A DNA stretch of 64,000 bases from Eledone cirrhosa (lineage: Eukaryota), in contig OZ024742.1 of NCBI GenBank assembly GCA_964016885.1, positions 205,220,001 to 205,284,000 on the forward strand, given 5' to 3'. Below are positions 24,277-36,673 of this stretch, piece by piece (position 1 is the stretch's first letter; each line of letters begins with the position of its first letter). The position numbers and the translations under genes were made by a program. The notes beneath the pieces were generated by a model. The model did not search any database, was not told the DNA's origin, and saw only the letters and a program-made list of their open reading frames with translations.

Positions 24277-24759
24277 ATCTTTTCACTCGGAGAATATAAA
24301 ATTCCCGAGTTCAAATTACGAACTGGCGCTATTCAAAATTGTTCCCGAGATGAGAATAAATGAAGTGGAAGCAATTCTTTCAAGTGCTGTGTGTAAAGAT
24401 AGAGGCAGATGCAGGGAGGTCAGTCTGCTCCCGCTATAACTAGCAGCAGTCAGAACGACCAAATTTTTTTTCTCAACCAAGAGGAGAACAATAATAATAG
24501 AGTATATGTTCCTACACGCACAAGGCGCTTAGGGACTCATGTATTGTCCAACCATATGCCAATGTAGTTCAATGGCAGGTTAATAAATTAACGAGCCAGA
24601 ACATATATAATCAAGGTTTAGCAAATAAGAAAAAGTTTCAAAATAAATTTTAAAAAATTAACTTTACTTACTATGGCATATGGTTGGACAATACATGTGT
24701 CCCTAAGCGCCTTGTGCGTGTAGGAACATATACTCTATTATTATATATATATATATTAA

Positions 24760-27700
24760 ATTAACAGATTAAAGTTTAAGCAAAGAATCGCTGCTTTCAC
24801 CCTTAATGGGATCTTCTGAAACTAACAAAGTCAATCTAAACAGGATAAATTTGGGTTTAAAACCTATAATAACCCTCCGAGTAACCCATCATTGCTACAC
24901 TTCGAAAATGATGTCTTGGAACTCATACGAAGTATCAAATTTCGAAATAGGAGCAATTCCTTCCAGCAGGACCTGAAGAATAGAATTCGTTCTATTAAGG
25001 ATTCTAATGCTGTGCACGTCCATTCCGACAAAACTGGCAATCTATATCAAGTGGAGCGCAGCACTTACCATCAACTGCTACATAATGCTGTAACTAAGGA
25101 TTACCGTAAAACTAATCGGAGCGTCATTAATGAAATCAACGAAGCTGGGTTTAAAATCACCTCTGATCTCAACATCCTGGACCGGACTGAACCTCTGGAC
25201 CCTTTTTCTCCCCACTTTACTCTGAAGGATCACAAATCCAATTTTCCGAACAACCCCTCTATTCGGCTTATTAACCCTACAAAGTCCAATTTAGGTAGAC
25301 TTAGTAAAAGGATTCTTGATAGAATTATACCTGAAATTAGAAGTTTGGCCCCTCTTGCACTGTGGAACAATTCTTTCACGGTGATTGATTGGTTCAACGG
25401 CATATGTAACAAGGAACATTGCTGTTTTATCCAATTCGACATCAATAATTACTACTCCTCCATCACTTTACCACTTCTCCTTAGAGCTATCAATTTCGCT
25501 AAAGCACTCACAGTGGTTAAGGATTTCGAAGTTGATGTCATCCTCAATGCCCATAAGTCGGTGATTAATTTTGACGACTCTATTTGGATTAAAAAATCTA
25601 ATAGTACCCCATTCGACGTGAGTATGGCCGCCAGCGATTCTGCAGAGGTTACTGATCTTATCGACCTTTTCCTTCTTTTCTCTATCAAGGAAGAATTCCC
25701 ACCGTGGGCGGTGGTTTGTACCGTGATGATGGGCTTTTGACCATGACTAAGTGCGGCCCACGTGCTTGCGACAGGTTCAGAAAAGAACTCACAGCCTTCT
25801 ATAAAGGATTTAACCTCTCCATACAGGTTGAGGCCAACCTCACGGTCGTTAATTACCTCAACGTTACCATCAATTTATCGAATGGCTTGCATTACCAGTA
25901 TAGAAAGCTGAATGATACGCTTAATTACATAAGTAAGCATTCTAACCATCCTGCCAGCATAACCAAAACCTGGTAAGAAACGTTTCTTTGAGGCTTTTCC
26001 GTCTATCTACTACTGAGCATATTTTCAATGACCATTCCACATATTACAATGAAGCTCTTACTCGGAGTGGATTTGTCGATAAGGTAGCATTTACAGAGTA
26101 CGAGAATAGACCTAGAAGAAATAGATCCTGACGCATTATATGGTATAACCCACCATGTAATATGGAGGTGGCCACACCATTAGCTAAGATCTTTCTCTCC
26201 CTTATTATGAAGCATTTTCCCCCTACACATAAATATAGTAACATTTTTAATAGAAATACTATTAAAATTTCTTACTCTACGACTCCTAACCTTGCACATA
26301 ACATCACAGCTTCAAATTTAGCTAAACTATCTAGCCGTAGGAACACGTGCAACCCTGTAGTTAGTACTAACTGTAATTGTAGGAATCGGGTTGACTGCCC
26401 CCTATCCGGGAAATGCCTCTTTAGTAACATTGTCTAAAAATGTAAGGTTGAAACACCCACGTCCCGTAGGGCCTACATAGGGTTAACTGCCAATAGATTC
26501 AAGCAGCGTCTTTACATGCATACCCATTCTTTTCGTTACCCTTTAAGAAGGAATATGATGTCACTTTCAGCTTATATCTGGAGTCTAAAAGACAATCACA
26601 CCCAATATAAGTTTCACTGGGAGATCTAGCTAGGGCTAAATCGTATAATGGAAATAAAAGACCATGTGACCTCTGCGCCGCCGAGGCCCTGGAAATACTC
26701 TACGCCAAAGACCACATCATAAACAAAAAATCTGAGGCAATTTCGGCTTGTAAACATAAATTGCACAAAACTTTCCTGTAATACAGCCCCACATTATACC
26801 CTAACGGATAGTACGAACTATACGCGGATAATTTAGGTCTTGATGTGGTAGCTAAGTATATGTTATGTTTATACCATTACTTATTTGTATAGGTAAGTAT
26901 ATATTACCTGTATGTTTTGTGAAGGTACGTATACTTTCTCGTACGTATATTTGATTGTATATGTTATGGCGTATATATTATATATTCTGGTACATATGCT
27001 TTTGGTTATGTGTATACGTGAGTTTTGCGTCTGTTGTGAGTATGCGGGTTCGTACGTATGTAGGGTGTGTGTATATGTGTACTTCGTGTTTTGGTTGACG
27101 TATGTCTCCGAACATATGTGTATTTACATGTAGGTATGTGTGTGTGCTTGTTATGTACGTATTTATTTATTTATTTATATACGTTTATTTAATTATATGT
27201 ATACACGCACACACACACACATATATATATATATTTTTATGTGTATTTCGTGTATACATTTGTATGCATGCGGGTACAGGCGTTGCGTGGGTTCTGTATG
27301 TGTGTGCGGGTTTTTTGGGGTTTTTTTGTACGTGCGTGTATTTGTATACCTATGGCGAGTGTTTTCGCATATGCTTGTGTATGTACGTATTTGGATGCGT
27401 GTATGTATTTATTTAATTTCAATTACCTCTGTATTTTATTTGCTTTATTCTTAACTCTGAAGCCGAGAATCATACGGTTTCCTAGTTAGAATTTTAGTAT
27501 ACGACTTCAGTTATTCCATTTACGTGGTTTTGTCTTTGCGTGCAATTGTTCTCCACGCTCCACATATGACGTATTATCTTCGTTTTTTCCATTCATTGCC
27601 AGAGAACATCTCTATGAACCACCTAATAGAATATTAGTCTACGACTTTTATACCATAAACGTGGTTTTGTCTTTACGTTTAATTGTTTTTCACTGCTCCA

Positions 27701-28000
27701 AATAATGACGTATTATATTCGTTTTTTCCCGTTCTTTGCCAGGGAACGTTTCCACGAACCAAAGTATCATCTTCCTGTCTTCCTCCGGTTGCAACGTTTT
27801 TTGAAATATTCACTTCTGCATTCACAGATTGACTTTGTTAGTTTCAGAAGATCCCGTTAAGGGTGAAAGCAGCGATTCTTTGCTTAAACTTTAATCTGTT
27901 ATTTTAATAAATATTTGCTCTACGGTTCTTATATATTTGATATATATTTATCCTTATCGAGCCCTCTTTGGATTTTAGTCTTCAAATTTATTATTATTAC
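24760..28000 (+). mobile_element. Penelope-like retroelement (RT plus GIY-YIG), 5'-truncated with an inverted pseudo-LTR fragment
   Basis: RT motifs DKTGNLY, LKDHK..IRLINP, FDINNYYSSI and GGLYRDDGL; CNC..CPLSGKC then NIV..YIG GIY-YIG to about 26780; inverted P1 HHR at 24765-24837 and sense copy at 27825-27898; (TA)n on both sides. Confidence 0.93.
27825..27898 (+). ncRNA. Hammerhead-like motif with CAGAAGA core in the Penelope 3' pseudo-LTR (family P1)
   Basis: GTTT-CAGAAGA-tCCC gttaa GGGt-GAAA-GC..GC-TT/AAAC; location typical for PLE HHRs. Confidence 0.65.
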
Positions 28001-28161
28001 TATATATATATATATATTTTATTTTTTTAAATTTATTTATTTGAAAAAGGAGTAAGGTTCTATACAAAACAGAGGTTATAGAGAAAAGTGGATTTAGAAA
28101 TAGCACGAAAAGTATATTTAAAGGATCTGTTTTTCTTTTTTTCTTTGATTCGTCAAAATGA

Positions 28162-28526
28162 TATTATTGAAGAAATGAGAGGAACAATTTTTTTTAAAAA
28201 AGGAGTTTTATAATATATATATAAAATATAATCAGTTTTGATGTATCAGTGTAAACCATCTTATCAAATGTTGAATATTACAATCAAAAAGAATGAAACA
28301 TTAAAGATTTAAAATTACCTGTTGAAGCAGATTTGTTCATCTTTCTTGTTGAAAGATGAACAAACCTGCTTCAACACTTAATTTTAAACCTTTAATTAAA
28401 AAAATTTTTTAATTGTAATATTCAACATTTGATAAGATGGTTTACACTGATACATCAAAACCGATTATATTTTATATACATTATGAAACTCCTTTTTTTT
28501 TTCAATTGTTCCTCTCAATAATATTA
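28162..28526. repeat. Aged fold-back inverted repeat, arms of about 180 bp
   Basis: Centre near 28348 (CATCTTTC ttgtt GAAAGATG); the arms align with scattered substitutions. Confidence 0.85.
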
Positions 28527-28537
28527 CTTTCTCTCTC

Positions 28538-28569
<32 letters not shown>

Positions 28570-28640
28570 AGAGTCCCAGGTTAAATCGGGTGTAACCAGA
28601 GTTAGGAAGGTACTCAATACATTAGTAGAGTGTAATCAAC

Positions 28641-28759
28641 AAGTTTAATATAGAAATGGCATATACAGGACTAGAACTGTTTCATTCAGAATAAATCATG
28701 ATGATTTCTTCTGAATGAAACCGTTCTAGTCCTGTAGAAGTCATTTCTATATTAAACTT
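28641..28759. repeat. Fold-back of family P3 pseudo-LTR with the junction inside the HHR core
   Basis: Arms 28641-28699 and 28701-28759; plus strand (A)TGATGA..GAAAC..GTA. Confidence 0.8.
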
Positions 28760-29974
28760 AATATATATATATCATCATCATCATCATCATCACCGTTTTA
28801 CGTCCGTTCTTCCACGCTAGCATGTGTTAGACGGGTTGTCCTGTTGTGGGCAGTGTCTGGTCGGCTGACCATGCCTTGCTCATACAGGAACTGATTTGGC
28901 TTGATTTCTACAGCTGGATGCCCTTCCTAACACCAACCTCATTTACAGTGAGTGCTGGGTGCTTTTTCGTGGTGCCTACACGTCCACTTTACAGTGTGGG
29001 CTGGGTGTTTTTTTGCCGTGGCACCTCCACGATCACCTTGCGGTGGGGGGTGTGGGGGCATATTGTCTATATGCTTCAGCTTGTACCCATGGGAGGTCAT
29101 ATATATATATATATCAATTCAAGATTTATATATATATATATATATATATCAATTCAAGATCAAGAAATGACTAGACAGACACAGATGCAAAAACGCAAAG
29201 TCTTATTAGTTTCATGCTTAGGAGAAAGTAGAAGAGAGTTTGACGTTTTGGACACAAGTCTTTTATCTGTAAATGCTGAGTTCAGAAAGAGAGAGAGAGA
29301 AAAGATTGAAACATTTGCGTTTGGAAAAAAAAGTTCTAAAAAAGCTGGGGGTGGTGGTGTGAGCGAGCTGTCCAGCATTCGGGAGTGATGGGTGAGGTGG
29401 AGATTCGAGGTGTCATTTGTGTTATGTGCATGCAGATGGAGTGCATTTCATGGGTATACATTATTGCTTCTGTGCGTATGTGTAGTTTGTGTAGCGTTGA
29501 TGGAAGTGCATGTGCGTGTGTCTGTGAACTTTTTATGTAGTATTTTTGTGTGCATTTACATGTGCAGGTGTAAATCTTTTGTATTGTCTGTTTCTGCATG
29601 AATGTGCATGTATATATTTATGTATGAGTATGTATATGCATATACATACATGTATATGCATATACACGTATATATGTATATCTCCTTATAATATATAACC
29701 AGCAATTTCTCTGTCTGTCTGTCCGACAGTGGAAACATGTGCGCGCGTGCGAATGTTTTTTGCGCACGCGTAGAGAGAGAGTGAGTGTGAAAGAAAGAGA
29801 CAGACTACGAGAGGGGGATAGAGAGAGGGAGAGAGAGAGAGTGAATAGACGCTAAAACACGTGCGCGTGTGCGAATGTTTTTTGCGCACGCGTAGAGAGA
29901 GAGTGAAAGAAAGAGACAGACTACAAGAGGGGGATAGCAGGAGGGAGAGAGGGGGGAATTGAGGAGTGCTACAG

Positions 29975-30205
29975 AAACATATATACATTTCTGTGTGTGT
30001 GTAATATATATATATATACACACACAGAAATATATATACATTTCTGTGTGTGTAATATATATATATATACACACACAGAAATATATATACATTTCTGTGT
30101 GTGTAATATATATATATATATATATATATCTTACACACACAGAAATGTATATATATTTCTGTGTGTATATATATATATATATTACACACACAGAAATATA
30201 TATAC
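29975..30205. repeat. Self-complementary minisatellite (unit of about 48 bp) with inverted copies
   Basis: CACACAGAAATATATATACATTTCTGTGTGTG repeated, then in reverse orientation from about 30131. Confidence 0.75.
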
Positions 30206-30596
30206 ATCCCTTGGCTACTGTACTGTATCTGTTGCTATCCCTCTCTTTTAGTCTGTCTGTTTCTCTCACTCTCACTCTTTCTCTTTGTAACACACTAACA
30301 TTCCTCCCCTCTATCGCTGTGACGAGTGGAGAGATGGAGGAGGAGGAGGACGAGAGAGTCACTTCGTCACTTCACCTCTGCCTTTCTTTCTCTCCCCTCT
30401 CACTCCCTCATTACGTACAGACATTAGGGCGGTGGATTGGCAGAATCTGGAGAGAGTCGGACACCATGCTTCATAGCATGGAGTTACGTCCCTTTACGGT
30501 CTGAGTTCAAATACCGCCGAGGTTAACTTTGCCTTTCATCCTCACGGGGTCGATAAAATAAAGTACCAGTAATGTACTGGGTAATTGCTGGCCTTG

Positions 30597-31500
30597 TCTA
30601 TATATATAAAACTGAGGATGTCTGTCTGTGTGTGAGTTCGAATCCCTAAAACTCGAGAACCACCCAACCGACTGTTTTCAAACTTTATACATGTAATACT
30701 TATGTTTCAGGGAGTGTTCTGAGCAAAAACAAAATTCAAATTTTCTATGCCCCAGGGACCACATTAGGCGATTTAGCGATCTCGCTCTATAATCCTTAGT
30801 CTTTCTCTTTTTAGATAGATACATACATATAACGTCGCACCATTATAATCCTGCCGAGGTTAACTTTGCCTTTCATCCTTACGGGGTCGATAAAATAAAG
30901 TACCAGTAATACACTGGGTATTTGCTGGTCTTGTGCCTAACGAAGAAACAGTTATAATATCTGTCTGTATGTCTGACTGTCTGCATTACGTCACTTCCCT
31001 GAGGATGTCTGTGTGTGTGTGTGAGTGAGTTTGAATCCCTAAAACTCGAGAAATACCCAACCGAACTTTTCCAAACTTTAGTTGTGTATTACTTATGAGT
31101 GTTATGCACATAAAAAATTCAACTTTTTGATCCCCTAGGTCATTAGGTGAAAAACTGCGTTTTTTCAGGTTTTTAGGGGGTTTTTGAGGCATTACGTCAG
31201 ACCAATTTCCTTGAAATTGTAACTATGTATTAGTCAGTCTCTTCCTCATACTGTGAGCAAAGAAAATCCAACTTTTTTATGGCCTAGGGCCCGCATTACG
31301 TGAAAACTTCATTTTTTCAGCTTTTTAGGGCTTTTTTGAGGCGTTACGTTTAGCCGATTTTCCCTAAATTTCAAGGCATATTATGCACATAAAAAAAATT
31401 CATTTTCTTGATCCCCTAGGGCCTGCATTAGGTGAAAACCTGCATTTTTCCTGCTTCATCGAGTAAAATCTTAAAGATTATCCAGCCATCAGAGTATTCG
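30597..31500 (+). mobile_element. Non-autonomous Helitron-like element, 5' portion with internal duplications
   Basis: TCTATATATAAAACTGAGGATG start resembles the 5' end at 19159; homologous to 11460-11720; no 3' CTAG end found. Confidence 0.6.
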
Positions 31501-34155
31501 GTTTATTTTCTTTACATATTGTCCAGGCATGCAGTTTTTCCATGATTAGGTCTGTTGGTGGCCCACGTTCCAAAATACCTTATCCCGTGCAACGGGTGTA
31601 TTTCTACACCCAAACACACTACCCTTCACCAAATAATTTCCCCAACCCCCAGTCCATACAGTAAAGTGGTCATTTTGGTGCCACAACAAAAGGCACCCTG
31701 TCCACTCTGTAAAGTGCCCACCCCACACTGTAAAGTGGTCGTGTAGGTGTTATGACAAAAAAGCACCCAGTCCACACTGTAAATGTGGTTGGTGTCAGGA
31801 AGGGCATCCAGCTGTAGAAACCAAGCCAAAATCATCCCTGTATGAACATGACATAGTCATCTGGCTTGTCTCACAATGCGACTACTCGGCTAACTCATGT
31901 TAGTGTGGAAAAATGGACATTAAACAGTAATGATGATGATACTGTATATACTTGAATATAAACTGAACCCCCCCACCTATTTTATGTCTGAGAAATGGGC
32001 AAAAATCCAAACCCCATTTATAGGCTGAAGTAGCTAATCAACACATGTTTAGATGGCATGGTTTTGAAATTCTCATGAATATAAAATATTTATGAAGTTT
32101 TAATATTTTGATGTTTAAAATGTTTTAATTGTTGTTTAGAATATAGTTTTTGTTTCACAACTTCATTTTGTAATGAGTTTCCATTATTTCAAGTTTCTTG
32201 AATTTACTCACATGCTGGGAGTAGTTGAATGCAAGAGATCAAATAAGAGAACTTTGTATAGTGTTTCATTGTGAGATAATCACTCCAGATATTTTAGCAC
32301 CTTGTTTACATATAATTTGAAGTTGGTTAAAATTGTCAAAATATTGACCCGCCCACCAACCTTTTTTTTTTATCACATATTCCTCAACTTATATTTGAAT
32401 ATATGTGGTATATGTGTATATATATATATTTATATATATCAAGTTTAATATAGAAATGGATTCTACAGGACTAGAACTCTTTCCTACAAATGTATGGAGT
32501 ACCTAACTGTGGTTACCTTCTAATCTGGGACTCACACATACATACATATATATATATATATAAACACACACACATATATACATACATATAACACACATGT
32601 CCCCTATGCCCACCTTACTCCTCCATCAATCCATAGACAAGCAACCTAAACCTACTCTCACTCCCACTCTCTATCTCTGTCCTCTCAGCCTGACCATAGT
32701 GTTGAAATATGGTAGTACTGATGTCACAATAAAATGGCCTCGGTGCTCAGCCCACACTATAACATGGAAGTGTTTGTGCGATTATAAAATACACATAGCC
32801 TACTCTGTAAAGTGGTAGTGCAGATGCCATGATAAAATACACCTAGTCGATCTTGTCAAGTGATAGTGCTGGTACTACAAAAAAGCATCCAGTCCACCTC
32901 TGTCATGTGGTAGTAGTGGTGCCACAAGAAAATGAACCTGGTACATGCTATGAAGTGGTTGGTATTAGCAAGAAACCATGTCAAAATGGAACGTATGAAC
33001 AAAAACAGTCAACTCCCCTGCCTGTCTCGGCTCAGTGTGACGACTTCTAATCCATTCAAGCATGGAAAATTACGTAAAACAGTGATGATGATGATGATGA
33101 TATCTATATATCTAAAATTCCATTATACAATGTGTGGTTGTTTCTTAATCTGGTTGGTGTAATTTGATATTAAAGTACATGGTGACCTATCTTGATAAAC
33201 TTAGCCCTGATTTCTGTTATGGATAGATGTGAGGTCAACCGAGGAGAGGGGCGGGGAGCTTATCTGTGAATGTGTGGGTTTATCTTCTCCATAAAGAGAT
33301 TTTTGTGTATGTGTCATGTATTTAGCTGTGTACGCTTGAGAATTATTAATGGGATAGTGTTGTGTTAAATGTTGTTGTTTAGACCTAGGTTAGCCAGGTG
33401 AAGGTTTATCATTTCTATAGAGGGCTTCTACATCTATGCATATGTGTAAATATGTATATATAATGATGATTATATATATATATATTAAGGTACATGGCTT
33501 AGTAGTTAGAGCATTGGGAGGTTGTGAGCTTGATTCTTGGACTGGGTAATATGTTGTGCCCTTGAACATGACACTTTATTTTATGTTACTCCAGTTTACT
33601 CAGCTGTAGAAATAAGTTGCAACATCACTGTGCCAAGTTGTATCAGCCATTGCTTTTACCTTGGACAACATCAGTGGCGTGGAGAGGGGAGATTAGTATG
33701 CATGGGTGACTGCTGGTCTTCCACAAACAACCTTGCCCTGACTTGTGCCTTCTAGGTACAAATCCCATGGTCATTCTTGACCGAAGAGGGTTTTAACCCT
33801 TACCATTTATATATATATATATATATAAATGTGCACTTAGACATACACTCAGTAGGCACCTCTTAATTCAATATACACCCCCACCTCCTACACGACCCTT
33901 ACTCAGTAAAGTTATGTTGGTATCACAAAACATCCAGCCCACACTGTAAAGTGGTTGTGTAGGAGACATGGCAAAAAGCACCCAGCACACACCGTAAAAG
34001 GGCATCCAGCTGTAGAAAACCAGCCAGAAACAGTCCTATAAGAACGAGTCACGTTCACCCAACCCAACATGCCTCTAATGGGACAAACCTGTCTAACCCA
34101 TGCTAGCATGGGAAATAGACATTAAACGAGGATGATGATGATGATGATGATGATC

Positions 34156-35455
34156 TTCATCATTTTACGTTTGTTTTTCCTTGATTGCAAGAGTGAGACA
34201 GGTCCTCTTCAGCACAACATCTCTCCATTTATCACGGTTATCTCCTCCGTGAGCTTCAGCAATCTGAGGTCAGCTCTTACCACATCCGCCCATGTTTTTC
34301 ATGGTCTTCCTCTACTGTGTCTTCCTTCCACCAGGATTTCTTGGCATTTCTTCACCCAGAGGTCATCTTCCAGGCTCATCACATGGTCATACCAATGCAG
34401 TCTTCTCTTCTGCACACTACAGTTTATCCCTCTTATATGCAGTTTCACTCTCAACTCATCCATGCTTGGTCATTCACGCACATTGACATTGCACATCCAT
34501 CGGAGCAAGCTTGCTTCATTTCTCTCCAGCCTTCACATATCCTCCGCAGTTGCTGCCCATGTCTTACTACCATGCAGCATCACGCATCTCACACATACAA
34601 CCGACCCTTCGTTCGTAGGGAGAAACCCTTTGTTGTCAACAGAGGAAGCAGCTCCCCAAACTTCTTCCATCCTGTCCTTATTCTAGATACTATGGCCTCG
34701 GAGCATTCTCCTCCCTTGCTAATCTGACCACCTAGATATTGTAAGCTATCAACCACCTCTATAGACCCTACCTCTGTTTGCCTATCACTGATACCTCTAC
34801 TATAAATGTTCCCTGAACATCTACTACATATGAAGTTTTCCTGCCCTGTTATTTTGCCTGCTATCCCACTACCCCTCGTGGGTTTATACCAACTCTTTTT
34901 CTACATATTGAACATGCCCATTTCCCTAATGGAATCAGAGTCTTGTCCTCTTTCCTACTTATCAACACTTTAGTCTTTGCTAGGTTCACTCTCAGTCCCC
35001 TTGATTCCAACTGTTTCCACATCCTGAATTTATTCTCTAGCTCCCCTACTGATTCTGCTATAAGTACCAGATCATCAGCATAGAGAAGTTCCCATGGGCA
35101 ACCAGTCTTAAACTCCTCTATTATGGCTTGGAGAACTATAATGAATAAGAGTGGGCTGAGGTCTGAACCCTGATGAATTGTATCTGGAATTCCTCACTAT
35201 ACTCCATTCCTACTCTCACTTTACTGACAGCTCCTCTGTACATGGCTTGCATTGTCCTCACAAGCCATTCCTCTACACCTAGTTTTCTTAGGGACCACCA
35301 GATAACAGATCAGGGTACTCTATCAAAGGCCTTCTCTAGGTCAACATAAGCTAAATATAGTGGCTTTTTCTTCTCTAAGAACCTCTCTTGTAGTTGTCTC
35401 ACTAAGAAGAAGGTAACTGTTGTACTTTTCCCAGGCACAAAACCAAACTGCATAG
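34156..35455 (-). mobile_element. RTE LINE fragment
   Basis: MQFGFVPGKSTT, YVDLEKAFDRVP and WELLYADD on the minus strand; 3' end abuts a (GAT)n tract. Confidence 0.88.
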
Positions 35456-35538
35456 GTGGGTGTGTGTATATATCATCATCACTGTTTGACGTCCATTCTT
35501 CCACACTAGTATGGGTTAGACGGGTTGTCCTGTTGTGT

Positions 35539-35569
<31 letters not shown>

Positions 35570-35662
35570 CACGTGTTTTAGTCAGCTGTATGTATATGTA
35601 CGTATGTATTTATGTATATAGATATATATATGATCTTTTTCTCTTTGTTTTTCTCTTTTCAG

Positions 35663-36673
35663 GCTAGCAGAAGGGTTAAACTTAGTGATGTCGTCTCTGT
35701 TCATCCGTCCTCCTCCTCCTCTCGCTCTTCTTCTACATCCTCACCACCAACAACAACATCAACATCATCACCATCATTGCCATCTCCCTCACAATCACCA
35801 CCCCCATCACCACCCTCATCTTTATCTGAACTGCCTTCTTCAACAACTTCCAAACCACCACTGCTCTTGTCTGCATCGTCAACACCACCACCATCAGCAC
35901 TGCCACAAACAGCATCGCCACCATCATCGTCATCATCAGATCCAAAGCAGCAGCCATTGTTGCCGACAGCGTCACCACTTTCGAGGTCAGTTTCATCATT
36001 AAGGGGAAGTAAACCTGATCGTCGACGGAGGATAAGTTTTTCAGCGGAATCTCTTCTGATTGCGGCCATTCAGGATGGAGACATCGATGATCTGTTGAAG
36101 GTACTACGGTGTCGCCCCCTGGATTCCGACATCACCTCCACCAGCACCACCACCACCACAACCTGCACTTCCATTTCTTCGTCCACAGCCACCTCAGAGT
36201 ACGACAAAGCTACAGAACAGCTGGTGAACCAAACCAACCACACTGGCCTTACTCCCTTACATCATGGAGTTCTCACAAACAACCTTGATGCTGTGAAGAT
36301 CCTGCTGACCTGTGGAGCTGATGTCAATGCTCAGGATGAGAATGGATTCTCTCCCTTGCACACTGCGTCCGCTTGTGGCTCGGTGCATGCTGTAAGCTTG
36401 CTGATTCTCTTTGGTGCCGACGTATTCCTACTGACAAAAGAATCAGAGACTGCTGTGGATGTTTCCAGGGACATACAAGTGATTCGGTTGTTGTCCCAGG
36501 AGATGTACTCCAAGATACACAGTGATATTTTTGTATCCGCCTGGCTTCTGCAGAAGTTGACGGAGGGTTGTCGTGTGGTGATGTGTTATCTGCGCAAGTC
36601 CTGTAGGTATTTGTATAAGGCCTACCTTCGCTATGTCACTGATGGAAGTGGCAGACGCACCAAAATGAACTGA
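35663..36673 (+). CDS. Terminal coding exon of an ankyrin-repeat protein resembling PP1 regulatory subunits (PPP1R12/16/27-like)
   Basis: Polypyrimidine acceptor TTTCTCTTTTCAG ends at 35662, phase 0; open frame of about 336 codons; Ser/Pro-rich region, RRRISF (RVxF-like), ankyrin repeats TGLTPLHHGVLTNNLDAVKILLTCGADVNAQDENGFSPLHTASACG; stop TGA; upstream exons not identified. Confidence 0.88.
   Translation, partial: ASRRVKLSDVVSVHPSSSSSRSSSTSSPPTTTSTSSPSLPSPSQSPPPSPPSSLSELPSSTTSKPPLLLSASSTPPPSALPQTASPPSSSSSDPKQQPLLPTASPLSRSVSSLRGSKPDRRRRISFSAESLLIAAIQDGDIDDLLKVLRCRPLDSDITSTSTTTTTTCTSISSSTATSEYDKATEQLVNQTNHTGLTPLHHGVLTNNLDAVKILLTCGADVNAQDENGFSPLHTASACGSVHAVSLLILFGADVFLLTKESETAVDVSRDIQVIRLLSQEMYSKIHSDIFVSAWLLQKLTEGCRVVMCYLRKSCRYLYKAYLRYVTDGSGRRTKMN

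Noticed and set aside
11756-30504. Many IYIY-, CVCV- and SLSL-rich ORFs
   Set aside because: Open frames through (TA)n, (TG)n and (GA)n microsatellites with no domain signal
35685-36069. His-rich and Asp/Gly-rich ORFs overlapping the ankyrin exon
   Set aside because: Alternate-frame and antisense shadows of the Ser/Pro low-complexity coding tract
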